NCBI GenBank assembly: GCA_963799485.1
Contig: CAWCXJ010000007.1
Coordinates: 256,001 to 320,000, forward strand
Length of the DNA: 64,000 bases
DNA from: an uncultured Trueperaceae bacterium
GTDB taxonomy: Bacteria > Deinococcota > Deinococci > Deinococcales > Trueperaceae
Direction of reading: 5' to 3'
In this document: in pieces, positions 19,683 through 28,872 of the stretch
Numbering within the stretch: position 1 is the stretch's first letter
How the letters are laid out: every line of letters begins with the position of its first letter
The notes under the pieces: model-generated
Told to the model about the DNA's origin: nothing
What the model saw: only the letters and a program-made list of their open reading frames with translations
Database searches by the model: none
Translations under genes and position numbers: made by a program

Positions 19683-19943
19683 ATGAACTCTTTTATGTCT
19701 CGAGCCCTGCTGCTGGCCCTGATTTTGAGCATCCTAAGCGCCTGCGACGGGCCTATCGATCTCGTCGATCCTTACGACCGGATTCAAGGCGAACCCAGCG
19801 GTCAGGTATCGACGGCCCTCGACGTTCCGGCGGGTGAACCTGAACCTACCTATATCGGTCTGGAAAGCGGCGGTGCGGGCGCGGAGAGTACGGGTGAAGA
19901 GAGTACAGGTGAAGCTGCGGGTGAGGCCGAAGGCGGGCGCTAG
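19683..19943 (+). CDS. small acidic lipoprotein
   Basis: Signal peptide with LSAC lipobox; Glu/Gly-rich tail. Confidence 0.65.
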   Translation: MNSFMSRALLLALILSILSACDGPIDLVDPYDRIQGEPSGQVSTALDVPAGEPEPTYIGLESGGAGAESTGEESTGEAAGEAEGGR

Positions 19944-19989
19944 GTCAGGTTGCGCTCGGCTCGAGGCCAGCGGGTGAGCGCAACCTGAC

Positions 19990-21093
19990 CTAGTTCGCCG
20001 GGGGCGTAACCAGCAGCTTTTCCAAAAGGTCTTGTAGCGTCTTGTCTGCCATTACCCGCGTCAAACGCTGGTGACGGTTGTTACCCGGTGCCACCCAGAC
20101 GTTGTAACCGCTTTGATCGAGAGTCAGCCGCTCATCCGTGCGGATTTCGAAGTAGCGGCCTTCCGGCCCCTCGGTTCCGCGCACCGCGTAGAGCACCGAA
20201 CACAAGTCCCAGCTGGTTCTGCCGTTCCCTTCCTCACCAAAAAACAGCGTGTAGGCGGCGCGTACCGGATTGGTTTCGGGGGTTGCTGCAGCGAGTGTTT
20301 GACCGTTTTTGATAGCCTGGCAAACAGGGCCGGTATTAAAAACGATTTTGGTCGGCCAGGTATCGATGACCTTGATGGCGTATGACGAGTCCATCTCGCG
20401 TCCGCCGGTCAGATAGAGGTCTTTGCTACTGCTGGGGTAGTGTCCACCCATAATGACGAGTTCTTTGACCTTCCGCGTGACCAGCGCTGCACCGTCAAGG
20501 GGACTGTACGCGTCCGGCGGTGAGTCCAAAAGACCTGCCAGATTTTGCAAAAACCCGACCGAGGCGATAGTTACGCTCTTGTCAGGTTGAGCCGCGAGCA
20601 GTTTGCGGTAGGTCTCCACCGCGCCAGGAATCTCCGCCGAGTCGGTCGGAGTGTCGTGGGGAAAACGTGCTGCCAACGTCTTGATATAACGCGGTGAGGG
20701 GTCGCGCCAGTACGGGTATGCTTCGGCGTAGTAAGGTAAAGTCGTCAGACCTATAGGGATGTCGGGGCGTCCGTAGTAAGTGTTGATCACGTCGATAGCC
20801 GCGGGCGCGTAGCGGTCACTCACGTTCGATACGACGCCCAAGAGCACTACTTCGTTTTGGTTGGCGAGCGTGTGCATAATCCCCAGAGCGCCGACATCAT
20901 CGACGTCGAGGCCGAAATCGGTATCGTAGATGATACGCACATCCGGCCCTTCAGGGCTTTTCGGGTTAGACGCGGTTGGGGGCGCTTCAGCTGGTGGCGC
21001 AGTCGGCGGCGTTACCTCGAGCGGCGTGTTTGAACTGCAGGCGGCGAGACCCAGCGTGATAAGTAAGACTATTTTCTTGGTAAGTTGACGCAT
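19990..21093 (-). CDS. nucleoside hydrolase family lipoprotein
   Basis: Lipobox LAAC; IIYDTDFGLDVDDVGAL, VG.L.NLA, MGG, SWD. Confidence 0.85.
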   Translation of the reverse strand: MRQLTKKIVLLITLGLAACSSNTPLEVTPPTAPPAEAPPTASNPKSPEGPDVRIIYDTDFGLDVDDVGALGIMHTLANQNEVVLLGVVSNVSDRYAPAAIDVINTYYGRPDIPIGLTTLPYYAEAYPYWRDPSPRYIKTLAARFPHDTPTDSAEIPGAVETYRKLLAAQPDKSVTIASVGFLQNLAGLLDSPPDAYSPLDGAALVTRKVKELVIMGGHYPSSSKDLYLTGGREMDSSYAIKVIDTWPTKIVFNTGPVCQAIKNGQTLAAATPETNPVRAAYTLFFGEEGNGRTSWDLCSVLYAVRGTEGPEGRYFEIRTDERLTLDQSGYNVWVAPGNNRHQRLTRVMADKTLQDLLEKLLVTPPAN

Positions 21094-21237
21094 ACGCTCC
21101 TTTCAAAGATGCTTACAAAGGCTTTTTCAGCGGGCGACCGGTAAACCTGCGCCGTTTACGGTAAAGACATAGCTATATTGAACCAGAAACGCTGTACCTG
21201 CCTAGTCCGGTACACAACTGTCCGGTAAACGACCTCG

Positions 21238-22431
21238 TTAGTACGTGACCTCGAGCCCCACCGGATAACGAAAGACATTTTTGGGGTGGTACCTCGGCGT
21301 CTTTGCCAGCTGCAACTCGGGCAGGTGCGTTAGCAGCGCTTTGAGGGCGTGACGCAGCTCGAGCCGCGCCAAAGGTGCGCCGATGCAGTAGTGCAGCCCC
21401 AAGCCGAACGACAGATGCGGATTCGGGTGCCGCGCCGGGTCGAAGGTGTCGGGGTCGGTAAACACCCGTTCGTCACGGTTGGCTGAGGCGTAGTAAAGGC
21501 AGAGTCTGGTGCCTTTAGGCCAAAAAAAGCTGCTGTACTCCAAGTCTTCCCGGACGACGCGCTCGAAAAATTGCAGCGGCGTGTCGAACCTGAGCATCTC
21601 TTCGACGGCGGTTTCCAGACGTTCCGGGTGCGTTTTAAGTATTTCCCAAAGTTCAGGTCTGGAAAGCAGCGCAATCAGCCCGTTGCCGACGACGTTGACG
21701 ACCGCTTCGTGTCCGGCGTCCAAGAAAAGAATCGCGTTGGCGACGATTTCGGCTTGGCTGAGGCGGGCGGGGTCGGCGTCGTGCAACCTCACCATCCGGC
21801 TGATGAGGTCGTCTTGCGGCGCAGTACGTTTTTCTGTGATGAGGTCGCGGACGTAAGCAGCAAAATCACGGGCAGCCAGGGCGGCTGCTGTTTCAGCTGC
21901 CGGGGTGCGTTCGGGTTCGAACATCCCGATAATCGCCTTCGACCACGGGACGAGGTGATGGCGGTCTCGTTCAGGAACACCGAGCAGTTCGGCAATCACC
22001 GTCACCGGAATCGGTTCGGCAAAATCGCGGAGGAGTTCGGCGCGGCCTTCCGGTCTTGCGGCAAGCTCAGCCGCGAGGCGGTTACAGAGCACCGCAATTT
22101 TGTCTTCAAGCGCACGCACGTGTTTGGGGGTAAAGACGTCTTGCACCGCTGTCTTGATACGGGTGTGGTCGGGGGGCTCGAGTTCTAGGAGCGAACCGTC
22201 CTGAATAGCGTCGAAGGGGGCGTGAGTGGGCTCGATACGAACCTTGACATTCTCTAGAACTCGTCCGAGCCGCCGGTCACGCAAAAGCGCGCCGATATCT
22301 TCATGACGCGTTAAAATCCACTTGCGCCACGGTTCATAAAAAAAGATAGGTGCGTCGTCTCTGAGCCGCGCATAAACCGGGTAAGGATTTCTCAAAAATG
22401 CCGGGTCGGTCGGAGTAAAATGCTCGCTCAT
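21238..22431 (-). CDS. cytochrome P450
   Basis: PPDHTR, AGHE, EEMLR, SANRD, heme motif FGLGLHYCIG. Confidence 0.95.
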   Translation of the reverse strand: MSEHFTPTDPAFLRNPYPVYARLRDDAPIFFYEPWRKWILTRHEDIGALLRDRRLGRVLENVKVRIEPTHAPFDAIQDGSLLELEPPDHTRIKTAVQDVFTPKHVRALEDKIAVLCNRLAAELAARPEGRAELLRDFAEPIPVTVIAELLGVPERDRHHLVPWSKAIIGMFEPERTPAAETAAALAARDFAAYVRDLITEKRTAPQDDLISRMVRLHDADPARLSQAEIVANAILFLDAGHEAVVNVVGNGLIALLSRPELWEILKTHPERLETAVEEMLRFDTPLQFFERVVREDLEYSSFFWPKGTRLCLYYASANRDERVFTDPDTFDPARHPNPHLSFGLGLHYCIGAPLARLELRHALKALLTHLPELQLAKTPRYHPKNVFRYPVGLEVTY

Positions 22432-22461
22432 CCCTTTACTTTACAGCTCGAGCCGCGCACC

Positions 22462-23736
22462 TCAGCGCACCGAACCATCAAAACGGAGCGGGCTGAAAAA
22501 GGGTGCAACGAACGCCGCGAGTAAAGGCGGCAGGGCCGAAATCAGCAAAATAGGCGCGTAGCTGCCGAACCAACCGTTCCCGAGCGCAAAAATAAGCGGG
22601 CCGAAGGCGGTTCCGGCAACCGTCAAGGTCGCCGTAAAGCCTTTGATCGAACCGATGTGTGCGCGTCCGAAATAGTGGGCGTAAGCGCTGCCGCTGATCG
22701 CGCCGCGCATCCCCTGTGCGACACCGAAAATCGCGCCGTAAACCAGAACGAGTGCGGGCGTCGTTACAAAAGCGGCAAACACGAGCGAGGCGCATAGCAG
22801 CGCGAGCGACGCCGCAAGCAGAAAGCGCGGCGGCACCCTGTCCATCAAGACGCCGGTCAGCAGGTTGCTGCCTGCTGCGATAAACCCGAAGGGAACGAAC
22901 ACCGCCGACGCTGCCAAACGGTCGATACCAGCGCCCGCCATGATGTCGTAGTGGTGAAAAATCAGGCCGGTACCGAGCGCCGCGCCGAAAAAGTCGCCGC
23001 TTACAAACAGCCAGAACGTCACCGTGCGGCGGGTCTGGGCGAGCGTGTAGTGTTTTTCCGGCGGCGTTTCCTCGCCCGGTTGCACCCGGCTGTCGGGGCG
23101 AAGACCGTAGAGTTCGGGTGTGCCCCGGTAGAGCCACGCCCCGAGCGGCAAAATCGTCGTCATGACGCCTACGCCCAGCAAGATATACGCGGTGCGCCAG
23201 CCAAACGCGCCGATCAGCGCTTCGATAGTAAAAGGGAAAAGCGCGGTCGCGACCGCCATGCCGAGCCCCGAGAGCCCGACTGCAAGCCCGCGCCGCCGGA
23301 CGAACCAGAGATTGATGACGTGCAAGCTGACCAGACCGAGCGCCCCCTGCCCGAGCCCCCGAATCAGGATAAAGCCCACCAGCAGCGTAATCGGGCCACC
23401 CACAAAGCCCATCCAGACGCACGCCAGCGCGAATAGTCCGGAGATGATAACGACTGCAAGACGCGGCCCGCGCGCGTCGATAAAGCGCCCGATAAAAGGT
23501 AGTGAAAACGAACCCAAAAGCGTTCCGACGGTGTACATAAGCGACACCGACGCCCTCGAGAGCCCCAAATCCTGAATAATCCGGTCGAGAAATACCGACA
23601 CCCCAAGGGTTTGTCCCGGCGTCGTCATAAACATTCCGAAGGTGCCGACAAGCAAGATGACCCAGCCGTAGTAGATGGGCGAACCTGAAACGACGCGGCT
23701 GTGTTTTACGGGGGCGGCGGAGGGCGGTGTGTTCAT
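22462..23736 (-). CDS. MFS transporter
   Basis: YYGW, GRFIDARGPR, WF..RRGLAVG, YFGRAH.G.I.G; about 12 TM segments. Confidence 0.9.
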   Translation of the reverse strand: MNTPPSAAPVKHSRVVSGSPIYYGWVILLVGTFGMFMTTPGQTLGVSVFLDRIIQDLGLSRASVSLMYTVGTLLGSFSLPFIGRFIDARGPRLAVVIISGLFALACVWMGFVGGPITLLVGFILIRGLGQGALGLVSLHVINLWFVRRRGLAVGLSGLGMAVATALFPFTIEALIGAFGWRTAYILLGVGVMTTILPLGAWLYRGTPELYGLRPDSRVQPGEETPPEKHYTLAQTRRTVTFWLFVSGDFFGAALGTGLIFHHYDIMAGAGIDRLAASAVFVPFGFIAAGSNLLTGVLMDRVPPRFLLAASLALLCASLVFAAFVTTPALVLVYGAIFGVAQGMRGAISGSAYAHYFGRAHIGSIKGFTATLTVAGTAFGPLIFALGNGWFGSYAPILLISALPPLLAAFVAPFFSPLRFDGSVR

Positions 23737-24049
23737 AAAACCTCGGTGTTTTGGGGATGTTTTGCGTACTAATCGTCTGGCAGACGTTATCTACAGACCG
23801 GAGTGTGTACCTGAAACAGACCGGAACACAGCACGACCACGATGATAACGGCAAGTTTGCCCGGCGCATGTATGAGACTTTAGGACTCGTGTATATAGTT
23901 CTGACAGGGTGTAAAAGCTGTTTGCCCTCAGGTCGGTTGTCGCAGTTCAAAAAAGGATGCTGAAGCGGATATTAAAGCAAAAGTCCATGCCGAGGTAACG
24001 TAATGTTAAACTACAAAGGAAGACAATGGGTTTTTGGTGTTTAAACTAC

Positions 24050-24078
24050 TTGACGGGTTGCCGTAAGCGATGTAATCT
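24050..24078 (+). promoter_or_regulatory. sigma70-like promoter pointing into the 3' end of the DUF3800 gene
   Basis: TTGACG-N17-TAATCT, followed by hairpin GGGCCCGAG-TTTAG-CTCGGGTCT at 24088-24110. Confidence 0.5.
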
Positions 24079-24200
24079 CTGTTTACGGGGCCCGAGTTTA
24101 GCTCGGGTCTTCGCCATTTCTCACAGTCAAGCGAGTTTCATTCTTCAAAATCGAATATCCTTTGTTCTTGGGTATAACCGTCTTTGCTTGTTCGTAGAAT

Positions 24201-25199
24201 TCAGCAACTGTGAGCATGTGTGTTAGTAAAGTCGGGGTCTATTTCTTCAACTGCTGCACGGGCGACCGCATAATGTATCGAAACTCCTAAACCGGCAGTC
24301 TGTTGCAAGCGCCTGTTGGTAATATGTTCATAGTTGGCTTTGACAAATTGTGGCCCCTTTGTACTGAGATTACAGACCTCAAAAAGTATGGCGTCAGGCT
24401 TTATAAAATTATGCTGAATCATCGCTTTACGAAATGAAGTGAACCCAATCAAGTCGGCAGCTTGCGCTAGATTTACGTTGTCTGAATCTGCCGTAACTTC
24501 TATTCCCACAATATGTTTTAACTCAAACACTTTGTTGATTGCTTCCAATATCTCACCTGCATCCAACCCGCTGGCATCTGCGAAGGGGTCTACTTGTAGA
24601 AGTACTTGCTTGTTTCTCAACTGGCGCATAATCTCGTCAATCTGAATGATTTTCCTTGTAAGTAAAGGTAACAATGGACTTGCCATCTTTTTTAGATAAC
24701 GTTGAGCAAAAGACCGTTTTGCAGAACGCTTTCCGTGTTTCGCTAAAAAATCAAGTTCAGCAACCAACTGAGGCTCTGAAAAATACCTCAGAACGCCTTC
24801 ACCTAGATTTTCTCGAAGCTCGTAGGTTGTACTCCAGTGTAAAACTTGGGGCTGGTTTTGAAAATGGGTGATTATTTTTGCGCCTTCAGTTATCCATTCC
24901 TTTATTTTCTCAAAATCGCAGTCAGCATATGGATTTAGTTTTCCTCTATATTTTTGGGGTTTGTTTTTTCCGTACATTAGCCTCATATGTATTGCAGGTA
25001 GCTCTTCACATTGCAGGTACTCCTGGATTTTGCTCCTCAATCCAGTCCACATTGTGTCAAATTCATCTAAGGCGTTTGTATGTAGCAACAAGGCGGTTAT
25101 GCAAGCGATAGGGTGGTCGCCTGGTACGTAGATGCCTCCCCACTTCACTAGAGGCTCTATTCCTCCAGAATCATCTATAGTTGCAACGTAATCCGGCAT
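24201..25199 (-). CDS. DUF3800-like RNase H-fold protein
   Basis: N-terminal hydrophobic strand with DDSG, central IHM, C-terminal LAQAADLIG (QxxD); ~40% GC; GGAG RBS; C-terminus probably continues via a frameshift to 24098. Confidence 0.7.
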   Translation of the reverse strand: MPDYVATIDDSGGIEPLVKWGGIYVPGDHPIACITALLLHTNALDEFDTMWTGLRSKIQEYLQCEELPAIHMRLMYGKNKPQKYRGKLNPYADCDFEKIKEWITEGAKIITHFQNQPQVLHWSTTYELRENLGEGVLRYFSEPQLVAELDFLAKHGKRSAKRSFAQRYLKKMASPLLPLLTRKIIQIDEIMRQLRNKQVLLQVDPFADASGLDAGEILEAINKVFELKHIVGIEVTADSDNVNLAQAADLIGFTSFRKAMIQHNFIKPDAILFEVCNLSTKGPQFVKANYEHITNRRLQQTAGLGVSIHYAVARAAVEEIDPDFTNTHAHSC

Positions 25200-25272
25200 T
25201 AAACTCCAAAATGTATAGGTGAGCTATCAGAGGTTTGAGAATGCAGGTCCTTCTTGTCTATAATCACAGTAC

Positions 25273-25313
25273 TAGACCATTCGAAGTATACCTTGTACAA
25301 TCTTAGGAACCAA
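25273..25313. promoter_or_regulatory. overlapping divergent sigma70-like promoters
   Basis: Plus strand TAGACC(25273)-N17-TACAAT(25296); minus strand TTGGTT(25313)-N17-TATACT(25290). Confidence 0.55.
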
Positions 25314-25410
25314 ACGCTTGGACGAAAAGAAGAAGAGGTTATAAGCGGCGGCTTTGCGGCTTGTATCAATTTTGGCGACTCGAGCCAACCACCTCTCTTC
25401 CCAACGAACA
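25307..25410 (+). ncRNA. candidate structured ncRNA associated with the DUF3800 gene
   Basis: Outer stem GAAG-a-AGAGGT/ACCTCT-CTTC encloses hairpins TATAAGC/GCTTGTA and TTGGC/GCCAA; G-U pairs favour the plus strand; starts just after a predicted promoter. Confidence 0.45.
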
Positions 25411-25428
25411 TGAATATAACAAAAAACA

Positions 25429-25479
25429 GTAAAAGTTTACATTTTGGTGTTGACAAAAGGGAGATTTTTTGAGTAAGCT
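25429..25479 (+). promoter_or_regulatory. promoter of the sugar ABC operon with LacI-like operator
   Basis: Dyad GTAAA-AG-TTTAC (25429-25440), then TTGACA(25450)-N18-TAAGCT(25474). Confidence 0.5.
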
Positions 25480-25639
25480 AATTGTAACAGCACATACACA
25501 TCTAAGACGGCAGTCGGCTAGGGAGTGTCCATATCGGGGCAAATCGGATGCAGAAAATGAAGGATTCGTTATCGGCTTTCCGGCAACACGTCTATTCATT
25601 ATAGTGAGAGTGTTCAAAAATTTAGGAGGAGTAACGTTT

Positions 25640-26902
25640 ATGAAAAGTTTGTTTGTGGTTTTAGCGGTCTTATTGTTCGGGACAGGTGCACTAGCTCAGA
25701 ACTTGACCATCCTGGCCGACGATAACGAATTGACAGTAACTCAGATTAACGCGCTTACGGAGTCTTACACGGCCCAAAACCCGGAGGTGAGCTTTGACCT
25801 CGAGCTCCGGCCCGGCGGTACTGAAGGCGACAACATCGTCAAGACGCGCCTGGCAACCGGCGATATGGCCGACATTTTTCAATACAACTCCGGTTCGCTG
25901 TTTCAGGCGCTCAACCCTTCACGAACCCTCACAGACCTGTCCGGTCAACCCTTTTTGGACAACATCGTCGAGTCGTTTATCCCGGTCGTGTCCCAGGGGG
26001 ACGCGGTTTACGGCGTGCCGTTCGGTACTGGCATGGGCGGCGGCATTCTCTATAACAAAGCGGTTTACGAACAACTCGGGTTGGAGATCCCCATGACCTG
26101 GGAAGAGTTCGTCGCCAACAACGCAGCGGTTGCCGAAGCCGGTCTTATCCCTGTGGTCGGCTCATTCGCCGACAGCTGGACTGCACAGTTGTTTGTTCTG
26201 GCAGACAACTACAACGTCGCGCAAAAAGTGCCGAATTTCGCCGAGCAGTACACCGCGAACGAGATCGATCTCGCAACCAACGAAGCGGCGCTTGCGGGTT
26301 ACGAACACCTCCAACAGGGTTATGAACTCAGCTGGTGGCAAGACGACGCCGCCACGACGACCTACAACGACGCGCTCGAGATACTGGCAACCGGCAAAGC
26401 GGCGCACTACCCGATGCTGACCTTTGCGCTGCCGCAGATTGCCGCAAACTTCCCGGACAACATAGGCGACATCGGCTTTTTCGCCCAACCGAGCGACACC
26501 CCGGACATCAACGGTGTGACCTTCTGGATGCCGGCTGCGGCGTATATTCCGCAAACGACCGAAGGTGAAAAGCTCGACGTGGCCCTTGACTTTTTGGGCT
26601 TTATCGCGTCGGTGCAAGGCACGCAAATCCTGACAGAATCCGCTGCCCCCAACGGCCCCTACCTGATTAAAGATGCAACCCTGCCCGACGACGTGTTGCC
26701 TGCTGTGAGCGACTTGGCTGCTTACATCGATTCCGGCAACTCCTACCCGGCCTTAGAGTTCCTCTCGCCGGTCAAAGGCCCGAACTTAGAGCAGATCGCC
26801 GTAGCGATAGCCACCGGTCAGATGGACGCGGTGCAAGGCGCTGAAAACTACATGGTCGATATCGAGCGGCAGGCGCAGCAGCTCGGCTTACCCGGCTGGT
26901 AG
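25640..26902 (+). CDS. sugar ABC transporter substrate-binding protein (probably rhamnoside/oligosaccharide)
   Basis: AGGAGG RBS, signal peptide, YGVP..GGILYNK.VYE.LGL.IP.TW.EF; linked to GH78. Confidence 0.88.
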   Translation: MKSLFVVLAVLLFGTGALAQNLTILADDNELTVTQINALTESYTAQNPEVSFDLELRPGGTEGDNIVKTRLATGDMADIFQYNSGSLFQALNPSRTLTDLSGQPFLDNIVESFIPVVSQGDAVYGVPFGTGMGGGILYNKAVYEQLGLEIPMTWEEFVANNAAVAEAGLIPVVGSFADSWTAQLFVLADNYNVAQKVPNFAEQYTANEIDLATNEAALAGYEHLQQGYELSWWQDDAATTTYNDALEILATGKAAHYPMLTFALPQIAANFPDNIGDIGFFAQPSDTPDINGVTFWMPAAAYIPQTTEGEKLDVALDFLGFIASVQGTQILTESAAPNGPYLIKDATLPDDVLPAVSDLAAYIDSGNSYPALEFLSPVKGPNLEQIAVAIATGQMDAVQGAENYMVDIERQAQQLGLPGW

Positions 26903-26978
26903 AAAGTCGCACTTTCGTTCTGGGGGCTGGCCCGGTGTCGGCCCCTAATCACGCCCGGTTCTGCTAAAGAGAGGTGTT

Positions 26979-27887
26979 ATGACGAGTGAAAAGGTGATTC
27001 GAGCGCCCACCAAAGTAGCGACGACGCCCCCGATGGTTAAACGTATCTATTCATACTGGTTTTACGTGCCGTCCGCCGTGGTCTTCGGCATTTTCTTTTT
27101 AGTCCCGACGGCGCTGGCGTTTTACTTCAGCCTGACGCGCTGGACGATTTTTGATGCGACCTTTATCGGGCTGGAAAATTACCGCTATTTTTTCCGCGAC
27201 CCCCAACTCATGCTGGCGCTCAAAAATACCCTTATCTTCGCCTTTATGACGAGCGGCCTCAAAGTCGTGCTCGGTTTGCCCATCGCGCTCCTGCTCACCT
27301 CGGGCCTCAGAACTCAGGAGTTTTTACGCAGCGTCGTTTTCTTTCCGGTGCTGGTCAGCGCCGTGGCGGTGGGGATTACCTTCTCGAGCCTGATGCAACC
27401 CGCCGACGGCATCATCAACGTGGCGCTTACGACTTTAGGTCTGGGTAAACCCAACTGGCTGGGCAGCCCCCAGCTGGCGATTTACTCGGTGGGTCTGATT
27501 GATGTCTGGCGCGGCGTCGGGATTGCCACGCTCATCTTTATCGCGGGGATTACCTCGGTGCCTACCGAATACTTTGACGCCGCCGCGCTCGAGGGCGGAG
27601 CCTGGGTTAAGTTTCGTCACGTCATCCTGCCCCTGTCGCGTAACGCGACGTTTACGGTTATCTTGCTCTCGTTTATCGGCGGCCTCAGAACTTTCGACAT
27701 CATCTGGACGACCACCGGCGGTGGGCCGGGTTTCGCCTCGGACGTGTTGACCTCGGTGATTTTCAAGCAGTATCAGGCCGGGTTTTACGGTTTGTCGGCG
27801 GCGGGGAACGTCGTGCTGTTTATCGTGATTATGGTTCTGGTCTATCCTATCAACCGTTTTTTGAACAGCCGGAAGCTAGACGCATGA
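26979..27887 (+). CDS. sugar ABC transporter permease
   Basis: F.GLENY, EYFDAAALEG, F.HV.LP; GAGGTG RBS. Confidence 0.9.
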   Translation: MTSEKVIRAPTKVATTPPMVKRIYSYWFYVPSAVVFGIFFLVPTALAFYFSLTRWTIFDATFIGLENYRYFFRDPQLMLALKNTLIFAFMTSGLKVVLGLPIALLLTSGLRTQEFLRSVVFFPVLVSAVAVGITFSSLMQPADGIINVALTTLGLGKPNWLGSPQLAIYSVGLIDVWRGVGIATLIFIAGITSVPTEYFDAAALEGGAWVKFRHVILPLSRNATFTVILLSFIGGLRTFDIIWTTTGGGPGFASDVLTSVIFKQYQAGFYGLSAAGNVVLFIVIMVLVYPINRFLNSRKLDA

Positions 27888-28714
27888 ACCGGAAGCTGTC
27901 GCGCGGCCTCCTCGACCTCGTTTCGCTGCTCGTTTTTTTCGTCGTGTTTATCGTGCCGTTTATCTTTATCCTCCTGACCGCCGCGAAAACAGCGCCCGAA
28001 GCCGCGCGGTTCTCGTTCACCCTGCCTACCGATTTTCAGCTGTTTCAAAATTTGCGTGAGGTCATAGAGTTCCGCGACTACCGGATGCTGCTCGCGTTGT
28101 GGAACAGCACGCTCCTGACGGTCTGCTCGGTCGTTCTCATCGTCATCCTGGGCTCGAGCCTGGCGTTCGTGATGGAAAGGCGCAAAAACCGCGTCTCCGG
28201 CGTTGCCGACCTGCTCCTCTTGTCGGGGCTGATTATCCCGGCGGCGGTCGTTCCCACCATCTTCGTTTTAGAACAGATCGGCTTGTACCGGACGCTCCTC
28301 GGTTTGATTTTTGTCGAGGTGGCGCTGAACCTGCCCTTTGCGACGCTCCTTATGCGCTCGTTTATGGCGACGATTCCGCGCGAGCTTGACGAGGCCGCCA
28401 TCATCGACGGGGCGTCGCCCTGGCAGCTCTTTTTGAGGGTGATCTTGCCGCTCCTGCGCTCAGCCATCGTTTCGGTCGTGGTCGTCTCTTCGGTATTTAT
28501 CTACAACGACTTTACGCTGCCGCTCTACTTTTTGCCGGGTTCGGAAAACGTCACCGCGCAGCTCACCCTGTTCAGCTTTATGAGCCAGTTCACCTCGAGC
28601 TGGAACCTCCTATTCGCCGACGTGGTGATTATTACGATTCCGCCCCTCATCATGTACATCTTCTTCCAGCGGCAAATCGTTGCGGGCATGACCTCGGGAG
28701 GCGTCAAAGGGTGA
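27884..28714 (+). CDS. sugar ABC transporter permease
   Basis: IPRELDEAAIIDGA, VILPL, FQRQIVAG...G.VKG; ATGA overlap with previous gene. Confidence 0.92.
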   Translation: MNRKLSRGLLDLVSLLVFFVVFIVPFIFILLTAAKTAPEAARFSFTLPTDFQLFQNLREVIEFRDYRMLLALWNSTLLTVCSVVLIVILGSSLAFVMERRKNRVSGVADLLLLSGLIIPAAVVPTIFVLEQIGLYRTLLGLIFVEVALNLPFATLLMRSFMATIPRELDEAAIIDGASPWQLFLRVILPLLRSAIVSVVVVSSVFIYNDFTLPLYFLPGSENVTAQLTLFSFMSQFTSSWNLLFADVVIITIPPLIMYIFFQRQIVAGMTSGGVKG

Positions 28715-28872
28715 GGATGTAGCAAGTTAGCTTAGAGCCGACGAGTTCGCTCCGGAGCGTTGTACGCGAAAGATGAGATTGACAGTTAGAAGGTTTACAA
28801 GCATCCTGAGTTGTAAAAATGCGCTGAACAGTGAGCGCACACCCGTGACCTATACCGTAAAGAAGGTTCCCT

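Noticed and set aside
22478..23950. 490-aa alternative-frame ORF overlapping the MFS gene
   Set aside because: Arg-rich shadow frame typical of high-GC DNA; the MFS frame has clear family motifs.
23750..24045. Short ORFs and a 10-bp ACAGACCGGA repeat left of the DUF3800 gene
   Set aside because: No RBS or family motif, and no matching repeat found at the other side of the islet.
24086..24112. GGGGCCCGAG... as a tRNA 5' end or integration site
   Set aside because: No cloverleaf, T-loop or CCA; it folds as a single hairpin.
25469..25639. 57-aa N-terminal extension of the sugar-binding protein
   Set aside because: AGGAGG RBS and signal peptide identify ATG 25640 as the start.
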